Shown here: piece after piece, positions 18,724-27,901 of the stretch
Layout: every line of letters begins with the position of its first letter
Position numbering within the stretch: position 1 is the stretch's first letter
IMG/VR virus record: IMGVR_UViG_3300025840_003418
Coordinates: 32,001-96,000 of that record
DNA from: a virus
Reading direction: 5' to 3' (one strand)
DNA length: 64,000 nt
Notes under the pieces: model-generated
What the model was told of the DNA's origin: nothing
The model's input: the letters and a program-made list of their open reading frames with translations, nothing else
The model's database searches: none
Position numbers and translations under genes: made by a program

Positions 18724-19252
18724 TTTTAATCACTTAGTTAAACAAGAATGGATAGATACATTAATTTCTACTAAGGGTATAGAGATTAGTCCTTGGAAAG
18801 ATCATGACGGCAAAGATGATGACGTTGAAATTAATGTAGACCAAACACTAGCCACAGATGATAACCAAGCCGATATGTTTACTAATGGTCCGTATGGAAA
18901 TAATCTAATCATGGCTGAAATATTTGATAATCGTAACTGTCCTTTTGACTTAGATATGGGCGAGCTTAACAAATATTTACAAGGAGACTGGTGGATAGTA
19001 AAGCAGATGCCGGGACAGTTTATGCCGCTACACAGAGATACTGTAAATGTACACGACAATAATTATAGATTTTGGATGCCATGGAAAGATTATGAACCTG
19101 GGCATGTGTTTATACACGAAAATAAATTTGTTAGCGGATATGCGTCAGGTGACTTGTTTAGGTACGATCAAGACAATGACTTACACGGAAGTGTTAATAT
19201 AGGACTTACACCTAGAATTGTACTTCAAATAAGTCAAAAGGAAATACCTTGA
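18707..19252 (+). CDS. 2OG-Fe(II) oxygenase-like protein, paralog family B
   Basis: MKFYGNF start by analogy with paralogs; PGQFMPLHRD...RFWMPWKDYEPGHVF...HGSVNIG..PR..LQ. Confidence 0.7.
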   Translation: MKFYGNFNHLVKQEWIDTLISTKGIEISPWKDHDGKDDDVEINVDQTLATDDNQADMFTNGPYGNNLIMAEIFDNRNCPFDLDMGELNKYLQGDWWIVKQMPGQFMPLHRDTVNVHDNNYRFWMPWKDYEPGHVFIHENKFVSGYASGDLFRYDQDNDLHGSVNIGLTPRIVLQISQKEIP

Positions 19253-20046
19253 TTGAAGATTTAAAACAAATAATAGTTGATAAATGTTATACCTTTGATA
19301 ACTGGACAAAAACATTTGACGAGTTTGTAAAACAAAATCCAAGAGATTCTATTACTAAGCTTTACATATATAAAGATAGACCTGATTATTGTGTGTGGGA
19401 CATAACCGATGAGGAAATAAAAACAATTAGCTATAGATATGTTCATTGTCTAAAAGTTAACGGAGACATGCATTGTTTGCAAGAATACCATCCTAATAAA
19501 ATTAGGGGTATTTCAAATTATCAAAAGTTAGATCCCATGCCTGAATTTCCTACATTAAAAAATTACTCATCTGTTCAAATAGAAGGTGAACAATATATCT
19601 ATACTTATTTTAGTAGCCCAGGCGAGTTAGGTTATCCGCCGCCTTATATGTTATTTAATATAATGACGAATAGTAATAATGTTGTTGAAGACTTTAAATC
19701 ATATATTAAAAAAGTAGTCGATGCATATTATAACTTAGGAGTACAATGTAAACAAAAGAATCTTGCATATTACAGTCCAAATCATGTTTTAGTAAACCAC
19801 TTTGTAAATGAAAATTTTTATTTTAAAGATAGTGTATTCTTTGAAGTCGATACAGCGTTAGACTTAGATAATGCAGCCGAATTTTGGAAATCAAGCATTA
19901 ACGGATTTCGCAGAGCCGAAGGTATAATCAATGCATATAGATCTAGAACAGATTACAGTTTAGAGACAGAACGATTATTATTTGATACTATAAAAAATTT
20001 AAGCGAATACGGAAAAGAAAAATGTCTAAATTTAAAGAATGTTTAA
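19249..20046 (+). CDS. Hypothetical protein
   Basis: 265 aa ORF coupled to the upstream stop (TTGA overlap); no recognised motif. Confidence 0.6.
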   Translation: MIEDLKQIIVDKCYTFDNWTKTFDEFVKQNPRDSITKLYIYKDRPDYCVWDITDEEIKTISYRYVHCLKVNGDMHCLQEYHPNKIRGISNYQKLDPMPEFPTLKNYSSVQIEGEQYIYTYFSSPGELGYPPPYMLFNIMTNSNNVVEDFKSYIKKVVDAYYNLGVQCKQKNLAYYSPNHVLVNHFVNENFYFKDSVFFEVDTALDLDNAAEFWKSSINGFRRAEGIINAYRSRTDYSLETERLLFDTIKNLSEYGKEKCLNLKNV

Positions 20047-20219
20047 GTTACATAAGTCACTGGAAAGATGGCAAGAAGATAGTTCAACTTGAAACAAGTT
20101 TGTATATTTTTGCCGAATCGCAAAGTACAGGATCTCATACTTGGTACGATCATACTATTTGGTCATGGCAAGGAAAAGATATTAAAATTGAAGAGGTTGG
20201 TATTCATCCAAATGAATAA
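20022..20219 (+). CDS. Small hypothetical protein (65 aa, Trp/His-rich)
   Basis: ORF fills the gap between flanking genes; purine-rich upstream sequence. Confidence 0.5.
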   Translation: MSKFKECLSYISHWKDGKKIVQLETSLYIFAESQSTGSHTWYDHTIWSWQGKDIKIEEVGIHPNE

Positions 20220-21160
20220 GTAGGCATTGCTCTATACTCACCGTTAACTTTTACTTTAACAAATTTTACATCTTCTAAGTTAACATTTTTTACTTCTTCT
20301 ACGTTTAACTCTAAATTTTCATTTATTACACTACCGTAATTAGTAGTAAGTGTGCCATTACTACTAATCTTTACTGCAACCTTTGGTTCACCGAATGGTT
20401 CTAATCTAGTAACCCAGTTCATACTTGTAGGTAAATATCCCTCACCCGGATCGTCATCTATAATTGCAGTTTGAGCCATTCCCCATTCCCATGGTTCATC
20501 TGATGATTTTCCCATCCAGTCAAATGCATATATGAAGTCACCATTTTTTAAAGATTCAGGATTATCGGGTGTACCTCGAAATCTGTTAAAAGTAGTCCAC
20601 CCAGCTTTTAATGGATTGTTATCATAACTTTCAAAACGCATAGCAGGTTGTTTAAAGTTTCCTGTTTGTGCAATAAGTATACCTGTGCTAGTTGTGTTTA
20701 TTGTTATAGGGACCGGATAACTAAAATCTGTTCCTCCGGAAAGCCACCAAGGTTTTGATTTATCACGTTGCGCCACACTATTAAGAGTGTGTTCTATTAT
20801 AATTCCTTTTGGTTTAATAATACCTTTAGAATTTATTGTAACAAAGTCTCCTGTTGCAACACTGTTAATAGATCCTAATAAAAGTTCTGCATCTATAGTT
20901 TTTTGCCCAAAACTAGGAGTTTCACTTGCTATTGCACTTATAAATGCAGCATTTCCATAAGGTTCGCCAGCAGCGCCTGTATATGCGTTAAACTTTAAAG
21001 TACCTAATTGATCTCCTTGCTGTACTATCTGGGGATTTTCATGAGTGCCGCGGGCTGCTCCAATTTTTATACTAGGTTGATTTTTCTTAAACCCACTAGT
21101 AAGTCCTTTTACGAAAAGAGGTGTATTGTTACCATCTGTTTCTATAATATGTTCTATCAT
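20204..21160 (-). CDS. Tail-fibre-like protein with two internal repeats
   Basis: Repeats ARGTHENPQIVQQGDQLGTLKF and FRGTPDNPESLKNGDFIYAFDW; C-terminal VKVKVNGEYRAMPTY resembles phage fibre termini. Confidence 0.55.
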   Translation of the reverse strand: MIEHIIETDGNNTPLFVKGLTSGFKKNQPSIKIGAARGTHENPQIVQQGDQLGTLKFNAYTGAAGEPYGNAAFISAIASETPSFGQKTIDAELLLGSINSVATGDFVTINSKGIIKPKGIIIEHTLNSVAQRDKSKPWWLSGGTDFSYPVPITINTTSTGILIAQTGNFKQPAMRFESYDNNPLKAGWTTFNRFRGTPDNPESLKNGDFIYAFDWMGKSSDEPWEWGMAQTAIIDDDPGEGYLPTSMNWVTRLEPFGEPKVAVKISSNGTLTTNYGSVINENLELNVEEVKNVNLEDVKFVKVKVNGEYRAMPTYSFG

Positions 21161-21813
21161 AATTCTCCCCAGACTATTATCATTCCAAAACCATCTAATG
21201 CAGAAGGTTGATATTCAACATTTAAGTCTAAACCAAGATTATATAATTGTCCTTGTACTTCTTCTTTAGTAAATGCAGCATGTAAACTATTATAAAAGTC
21301 ATTTTGAAAATATCTCGATTCGTTACTACTATAATATTCTACAACTTTACTCGGACTTGTTTTAGGTCTTGCTAAATCAATTACTAGTACACTTGTGCCT
21401 TTTTTAGAATGATGTTTTAAGGTAATCCAAAAGTCCTTAGGATTGTGAAAATGATGCAAACTATTTACGCATACTATAAGATCATATTTTTTATCAGTGA
21501 TAAAAGGTAAATGTAAATTATGCAGTTGAATACAATGATCTAAACCGCTTTCTTCTATATTTGTTTTTGCAATATCTAGCATAGGAGACGAACCATCAAT
21601 TGCATCAATTTGACAGTATAACATTTCTGCTAGGTCTATTGTGTACTGGGCAGGCCCGCAACACAAATCTAAAACATTATTAAACGTTTTAGGACTAAAA
21701 TAGTCGTCTAGTAATTTTAAAAATAATTTTCGTGTAGGAGTTTTATCTGCTTCTGCAAATGCTTTTACACTATAATCTTTAAGCATCAATTGGGGTTCTA
21801 AACGCCGCTGCAT
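21157..21813 (-). CDS. Class I SAM-dependent methyltransferase
   Basis: VLDLCCGP, AIDGSSPML, YDLIVCVNSLHH, IDLARP. Confidence 0.9.
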   Translation of the reverse strand: MQRRLEPQLMLKDYSVKAFAEADKTPTRKLFLKLLDDYFSPKTFNNVLDLCCGPAQYTIDLAEMLYCQIDAIDGSSPMLDIAKTNIEESGLDHCIQLHNLHLPFITDKKYDLIVCVNSLHHFHNPKDFWITLKHHSKKGTSVLVIDLARPKTSPSKVVEYYSSNESRYFQNDFYNSLHAAFTKEEVQGQLYNLGLDLNVEYQPSALDGFGMIIVWGEL

Positions 21814-22415
21814 ATATTTGCACCAATCATTATTCGTTGTTCAGTTGATTTATTAGGAAGCGTTTTATGATTTAACCATCCTGGAAATAATACAATATCA
21901 CCTGTTTCTGCATTTATTTCATTTTCAAAAAGTGTATGATATGTTTCTTTATCAATGCTATAAGGTTGGTGTTTGAGTAACGTAGATAAAGGATTTTCAA
22001 ATACAAGATTACTATTGTTTAATTGTTTTTTTATATAAAAACTACAAGTTGTAACCATAGGAGAGTGATTATGTAAATCTATATGGCTATCCGTGTTGTA
22101 AATGTTAAACCACATTTCTTTTATAATAGGAATATATTTTGAATTAAATCCGCAATTTTTCCAATATTCTTTACAACTATTTGTAATAAATTCTACTACA
22201 TCAGAAAACCTTGGATCGTATTGTAAATCTCTTTTATGGACGTAAGAACATATACCATTGCCTCTCATTGATCCTTGATTGTTCTTTAATACTTGATCGA
22301 AATTCACTACTTCAAAGAGCACACTTTCTATATCTTTTATACTTTTATTGTATCTTGCTTTATATATTTTAGTTGCAAAGATGTCAATGTCGAATGTCTC
22401 GGATTGTAGGTTCAT
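21798..22415 (-). CDS. 2OG-Fe(II) oxygenase (TIGR02466 / 2OG-FeII_Oxy_5-like)
   Basis: MWFNI...HNH...FY...L.FENP...GDIVLFPGWLNH.T.PN...R..I.N. Confidence 0.85.
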   Translation of the reverse strand: MNLQSETFDIDIFATKIYKARYNKSIKDIESVLFEVVNFDQVLKNNQGSMRGNGICSYVHKRDLQYDPRFSDVVEFITNSCKEYWKNCGFNSKYIPIIKEMWFNIYNTDSHIDLHNHSPMVTTCSFYIKKQLNNSNLVFENPLSTLLKHQPYSIDKETYHTLFENEINAETGDIVLFPGWLNHKTLPNKSTEQRIMIGANICSGV

Positions 22416-22430
22416 ATAAATATTTATATG
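22413..22430. promoter_or_regulatory. Perfect 18-bp palindrome acting as bidirectional late promoter
   Basis: CATATAAATATTTATATG carries TATAAATA-N5-ATG on both strands. Confidence 0.75.
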
Positions 22431-22465
22431 ACGGAAATATCTCTCTATGCTAGGATTGGCAGTTT

Positions 22466-23902
22466 ATGAGCCACGGTCTATTATTCAGTATTACAAGTTT
22501 ACCAACAGTTAGGAGAATGTTAGGTCCTCATCGTGTTGCTTCTTTCTTGCGAGAACAAGAATGGGATATAGAAGTTTTAGATTTTGTAGAGCAATTTAGC
22601 ATCGAAGAAATAAAAGAATACTGTGCTTTACGAATAACCTCGGCAACAAAATTTTGCGGATTTAGTGCATTTTTTGGCGTTTGGACAAAAACTTACGAGT
22701 CTATTACTACCTGGATTAAGGAAACATATCCTGATGTAAAGATAATTTGGGGTAGTCATTCTTATCCTTGGTTTGACTCTAATAGTATAGATTACTATGT
22801 TGTAGGTTACGGAGAAAATGCAATAGTAAAACTTTTATCAAATAGCGAAGTAAAATTTGATGAAAGATTTAAAGATAAAAAAGTTGTTTCTGCATTAGAT
22901 GTTTACACATCATACCCAATGAAGTCTCTTAATGTTATATACCAAGATAGAGATTTTATAGAATCCTGGGAGTGGTTAAGTATAGAACTATCTCGTGGAT
23001 GCAAATTTAAATGTAAATTTTGTAATTTTCCTATACTAGGAGTCAGAAGCGATTATAGTAGGGATGCCGAAGACTTTGGTGTGCAACTAAAGGATGCCTA
23101 CGAAAGATTTGGTGTAACTAATTATTATGTTGCTGACGAAACTTTTAATGATAGTACAGACAAATTAGAAAAATTTGCAAGTGTTGCCGATACACTAAAA
23201 TTTAAACCTAGAATGCACGGATTTATAAGAGCTGATTTATTAGTAGCGCAAAAGCAACAGTGGGAACCTTTAAATAGGTTAGGGTTTTATGGCCACTACT
23301 ACGGGGTTGAAACATTTAATCAAAAATCTGGTAGTAGTATTGGCAAAGGAATGCATCCTGATAAATTAAAAAATGGCTTGCTAGAAGCACGGGAATGGTT
23401 TAAGTCGAATGACACTTATCGAGGAGTAATAAGTTTAATATGCGGATTGCCACATGAAAGCATAGACTCATTTAATGCAGGAGTAGATTGGTGCTACGAT
23501 AATTGGAAGGGAGAAAATACAACTATATTTTCTTTAGATATTCCTACTGACGATAAGGATGTAAAATTGTCGTACATATCTCTTAACTATGAAAAATTAG
23601 GCTATAGAGAAGCAACAGTACCTTATCATAAAAATATAGAACAAAACTTTGGGTACGGTCGATCTTTACTAAATTGGGAAAACGATTATATGAATTTAGA
23701 AACTGCCGATGAAATTGTTAGTATAGCAAATAAAAGAATTTCATCAGTAAATGGTATAAATATGTGGCAGTTCGGAGATTACGGATTAGTTACAGATGAT
23801 CTAAATAAGATATCAAAATTAAATAAAAGTTCTAACCCTAGTCCGAATAGAGAATTAGAATCATTTTACGAAAGATATAAACGGAATAAAATAAACTTAT
23901 GA
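22466..23902 (+). CDS. B12-binding-type radical SAM protein (tandem paralog 1)
   Basis: LGPHRVASFLR, ELSRGCKFKCKFCNFP, DETFND, GVETF, GKG, ICGLPHE. Confidence 0.85.
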   Translation: MSHGLLFSITSLPTVRRMLGPHRVASFLREQEWDIEVLDFVEQFSIEEIKEYCALRITSATKFCGFSAFFGVWTKTYESITTWIKETYPDVKIIWGSHSYPWFDSNSIDYYVVGYGENAIVKLLSNSEVKFDERFKDKKVVSALDVYTSYPMKSLNVIYQDRDFIESWEWLSIELSRGCKFKCKFCNFPILGVRSDYSRDAEDFGVQLKDAYERFGVTNYYVADETFNDSTDKLEKFASVADTLKFKPRMHGFIRADLLVAQKQQWEPLNRLGFYGHYYGVETFNQKSGSSIGKGMHPDKLKNGLLEAREWFKSNDTYRGVISLICGLPHESIDSFNAGVDWCYDNWKGENTTIFSLDIPTDDKDVKLSYISLNYEKLGYREATVPYHKNIEQNFGYGRSLLNWENDYMNLETADEIVSIANKRISSVNGINMWQFGDYGLVTDDLNKISKLNKSSNPSPNRELESFYERYKRNKINL

Positions 23903-25380
23903 ATAAATGTATAATTTTTAGCGTTCATCGTGCCGGAACACATCGTCCTTTAGGTCCTCATAGAATATGTACATTTCTAAGACAAGAAGGATGGGATGCA
24001 GAAGTTGTAGATTATTCTTACTATTTTACTTTAGACGAACTAAAAAGTTTAGTTGAAAATAGAATGGACGAAAACATAAAGTTTTTTGGTTTCGGAGCAT
24101 GGTTCGGAACATGGCCCGATGAAATAGTAACATTTACAGTATGGCTTAAAGAAACTTACCCGCACATTCCTTTAGTATATGGTAGTATGTCTTCTCCTCA
24201 CACAAGAGAATCACCTATAGATTATTATAGTGTAGGATACGGCGAAGAGTCTATATTAGAAATTGTAAAGGACATTTTAGGAAAACCATGTAATTTAAAA
24301 TTTTCTCCTAGATGGAAAGGCAAAGAAGTTATTGACGCTAATGAAGACTATCCTGCATGGCCTAGGAAGACGTATGCAGCATACTACGAAGATAGAGACT
24401 TTTTAGAGGAATGGGAATGGCTTACTATAGAGTTGTCAAGAGGTTGTAAATTTAAATGTCAATTCTGTAATTTTCCCATTCTAGGTATTAAAGAAGATCA
24501 TAGTATAAGTGCAGAAAATTTTAGAAAACAAATTGAAGATGCTTATAATAGATTTGGCATTACGAATTATTACATTGCTGACGAAACAATAAATCAAGAT
24601 AAAGAAATGATGAGAAAGTTTGCAAATGTTGCAAACACTTGGGATTTTAAATTACAAGCACATGGATTTATGCGAGCTGATTTAATGATTGCACAACCCG
24701 ATACTTGGCAAATGATGGTTGATACTGGAATTACCGGTCATCATTATGGCATAGAAACTTTTAATCGAAAGTCAGGTGCTACTATAGGTAAAGGAATGAA
24801 AACTGAAAAATTACAAGAAGGCTTAATAAAAATTAAAGATTATTTTAGGGCTAATAGTATTTATAGAGGTCATATTAGTATGATTGTTGGACTACCGTAT
24901 GAATCTAAAGAAACTTTTTGGAAAGGTGTAGACTGGTTAAAAGAGAATTGGGCAGGTGAATTCTCTGCATTTAACAGACTAGAAATTCCTTTACCTACTG
25001 GTGATGCAAAGCCGAGTTTATTTACACGAAGTTGGAAGGATATGGGTTACCGAGATAGAAAGACAAAGTTACAAAGCGGAACTGAACAAAAGAAGTTACT
25101 GACTATGGGCGGTGGTATGTTTACTGAAGACTTGTTAGACTGGGAAAATGATTATATGGATATAGAATGGGCTATATGGGCAATGGGGGAAGCATACCGT
25201 GTTTTAAAACCCACAAACGGTGTAGGTTCTTGGCACTTTAGCGATTATAGTTTACTTTTGAAAAATGATAATAGGGCTATATCTAAAATAATAAAATCAG
25301 ATTTACACCATAACCAAAACGGTGTTGTTGATGCATTTTACGAAAGATATAAAAAGAAAAAAATAGCCTGGGGAACATAA
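23899..25380 (+). CDS. B12-binding-type radical SAM protein (tandem paralog 2)
   Basis: LGPHRICTFLR, ELSRGCKFKCQFCNFP, DETIN, GIETF, IVGLPYE. Confidence 0.85.
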   Translation: MNKCIIFSVHRAGTHRPLGPHRICTFLRQEGWDAEVVDYSYYFTLDELKSLVENRMDENIKFFGFGAWFGTWPDEIVTFTVWLKETYPHIPLVYGSMSSPHTRESPIDYYSVGYGEESILEIVKDILGKPCNLKFSPRWKGKEVIDANEDYPAWPRKTYAAYYEDRDFLEEWEWLTIELSRGCKFKCQFCNFPILGIKEDHSISAENFRKQIEDAYNRFGITNYYIADETINQDKEMMRKFANVANTWDFKLQAHGFMRADLMIAQPDTWQMMVDTGITGHHYGIETFNRKSGATIGKGMKTEKLQEGLIKIKDYFRANSIYRGHISMIVGLPYESKETFWKGVDWLKENWAGEFSAFNRLEIPLPTGDAKPSLFTRSWKDMGYRDRKTKLQSGTEQKKLLTMGGGMFTEDLLDWENDYMDIEWAIWAMGEAYRVLKPTNGVGSWHFSDYSLLLKNDNRAISKIIKSDLHHNQNGVVDAFYERYKKKKIAWGT

Positions 25381-26834
25381 TGGACCATGCATTAATATTC
25401 GGTGTACACGATATGATGCCCCATCGATTCCTAGGACCGCATCGTATTGCACATTACCTTAGGAATAATGGATGGGATATAGAAGTTGTAGACTTTGCTA
25501 GTTTTTGGACTTTAGAACAACTAAAAAATTTTATTAAATCACGAATACATAAAAAAACAAAGTTTATAGGATTTGGGTGTTGGTTTGGTAACTGGCCAGA
25601 GAATATAGATATGTTATCACATTGGATCAAAGATTATTATCCAGAAATAAAAATTATTTACGGCAGTCATACATATCCTAAATTTAATAACGAATCAATA
25701 GATTATTATACTGTAGGTTATGCAGAAAAAGCAATAATACAATTAGCTAATTATTTTCAAAACAACGGAACTATCAAGTTTGACACAAGATGGGAAAATA
25801 AAAAAATTATTCTTGCTAATGACACTTACCCTGCATTTCCGATGAACGAACTAGGTGTTATATACGAACATAGAGATCTTATAGAACCTTGGGAGTGGCT
25901 TACCATAGAATTTACAAGAGGTTGTAAATTTTCCTGCAAATTTTGCAATTATCCTATATTAGGCGTAAAAGACGATCACTCAACTGCTGCTTCTGACTTT
26001 GAGTACACTGTTAGAGATGCTTATGATAAATTTGGTGTGACAAATTATTATACAGCAGACGAAACATTAAATCAAGATAAATCTATGATAGAAAAATATG
26101 CAAATGTAGCTGATACATTAAATTTTAAATTAAGAATGCACGGATTTATGAGAGCAGATTTATTAATTGCTAATAAAGATACATGGGATCCATTGTCTCG
26201 GTTAGGTGTATTTGGGCATATGTATGGTATAGAAACGTTTAATAAAAAAACTGGCTCTAGTGTAGGGAAAGGAATGGATCCATTAAAAGTAAAAGAAGGC
26301 TTACTCGAAATACGAGAATGGTTTGATGCAATAGAACCATATCGAGGCAATATTAATATGGTGTGTGGATTACCGTTTGAAACTAAAGAAACTTGGGAAA
26401 GTGGCATTGAATGGCTTATGAAAAATTGGACATCTAAAGGAGACATAAGTGCTACTTATGCATTAGAAATACCGTTAAGTAGTATGGATTCAAAATTAAG
26501 TTTTATAAGTAATAATTGGAAAGCATTAGGATACAGAAGAAGAAAAACACCTTCTGAATCTTTACATGCTGTGAGTTCTCTAAAATATGCTGACGAATTA
26601 TTAGATTGGGAAAATGATTACATGGATCTTGACTGGGCAGTAAAAAGTTGTAATACAATATATAAACAGTATAAAGTTGATATGGGCGTTAGTGTTTGGC
26701 ACTGGGGAGATCATGGATTAATGAATTTAAGTTTTAAAGATCTTCAAAAAAAACAAAAACATTATAATCAATGGCCTAACAAAGAACTGGAAGATTTTTT
26801 ACAACGCTATATTAAAAAGAAAATAGAATTATGA
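25380..26834 (+). CDS. B12-binding-type radical SAM protein (tandem paralog 3)
   Basis: LGPHRIAHYLR, EFTRGCKFSCKFCNYP, DETLN, GIETF, VCGLPFE. Confidence 0.85.
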   Translation: MDHALIFGVHDMMPHRFLGPHRIAHYLRNNGWDIEVVDFASFWTLEQLKNFIKSRIHKKTKFIGFGCWFGNWPENIDMLSHWIKDYYPEIKIIYGSHTYPKFNNESIDYYTVGYAEKAIIQLANYFQNNGTIKFDTRWENKKIILANDTYPAFPMNELGVIYEHRDLIEPWEWLTIEFTRGCKFSCKFCNYPILGVKDDHSTAASDFEYTVRDAYDKFGVTNYYTADETLNQDKSMIEKYANVADTLNFKLRMHGFMRADLLIANKDTWDPLSRLGVFGHMYGIETFNKKTGSSVGKGMDPLKVKEGLLEIREWFDAIEPYRGNINMVCGLPFETKETWESGIEWLMKNWTSKGDISATYALEIPLSSMDSKLSFISNNWKALGYRRRKTPSESLHAVSSLKYADELLDWENDYMDLDWAVKSCNTIYKQYKVDMGVSVWHWGDHGLMNLSFKDLQKKQKHYNQWPNKELEDFLQRYIKKKIEL

Positions 26835-27901
26835 GTATATATACAAACTGGGATCCTTTAGAATTATGTATTGTTGGAAATTGTCTAACTGAAGTGCCAG
26901 ACACTTGGAGTATCGATCCTAAGGCAAAACCATTATTAGAAAAAATATTAAAAGAAACAAAAGAAGACTTAGACAATTTAGCAGCACTAATTTCATCATT
27001 TAACACAAAAGTTTTGAGACCAACACCTAAAATATTTCCACAAAAGTCTAATTTACATAATTTTAGTATTTTAAACGCAACTAATCCTATTGTCCCGAGA
27101 GATCAATATTTTGTATACGATAAAACTATATATCAAACATACACTAGTTTACCAGATAGGTACTTTGACGGATTTAATTACTATAGCCTATTTAAAGATT
27201 TGTTTAAGCAAGGGCATAATTGGTTAAGTCTTCCGCCGCCGATTTTAAACAATCTAAATAATAACGAAAAATGGTATCTAGACGGGCAGGACATTTACCA
27301 TAATCGTTTAAACTACACATTATTATGGCATACTGCTACAATGTTTAAAGCAGGCAAAGATATTATTGTAAATAATCAAGGTCCGGGCACTCAGTTAGGG
27401 TTAGAATGGATAAAACGTAACGTTGATGCTGAATTTATACACAATGAAGATACATATGTCGATAGTTGGGGTCATATAGATCACGGATTTTACATGCCTA
27501 ACGATAACACTGTAATATGTATGGACGAACATTGGGTTCCGCAATGCCTACGTAATAAAGAATTAATATTACTAGATGGATTATTTGAAAGATTCGATTA
27601 TAAAAATTTTATAGAAGAAACTAACAATAAAGTAGATCCGTTTTCTTATAATTGGTTAGAAGATTGGTTTGATCAATGGACAGGATATTGTCAAGAAGTA
27701 GCGTTTGAAGCAAATGTTTTAGTAGTAGATCCAAATAATATTATATTTGCAACCGAACAGCCAGAAGTGTTTGCTAAATTAGGAGAATATAATATTAACT
27801 GTCACGTAAGTAAACTACGTCACGGAATGTTTTGGGCAGGAGGAATACATTGTATGACATTAGATATTAAACGTAGTGGTCTAAAGCGTTGCGTAATCTA
27901 G
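26831..27901 (+). CDS. Amidinotransferase (glycine / inosamine-phosphate amidinotransferase family)
   Basis: TNWDPLELCIVG, PRD, HID, C-terminal GGIHCMTLD catalytic Cys motif. Confidence 0.85.
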   Translation: MSIYTNWDPLELCIVGNCLTEVPDTWSIDPKAKPLLEKILKETKEDLDNLAALISSFNTKVLRPTPKIFPQKSNLHNFSILNATNPIVPRDQYFVYDKTIYQTYTSLPDRYFDGFNYYSLFKDLFKQGHNWLSLPPPILNNLNNNEKWYLDGQDIYHNRLNYTLLWHTATMFKAGKDIIVNNQGPGTQLGLEWIKRNVDAEFIHNEDTYVDSWGHIDHGFYMPNDNTVICMDEHWVPQCLRNKELILLDGLFERFDYKNFIEETNNKVDPFSYNWLEDWFDQWTGYCQEVAFEANVLVVDPNNIIFATEQPEVFAKLGEYNINCHVSKLRHGMFWAGGIHCMTLDIKRSGLKRCVI

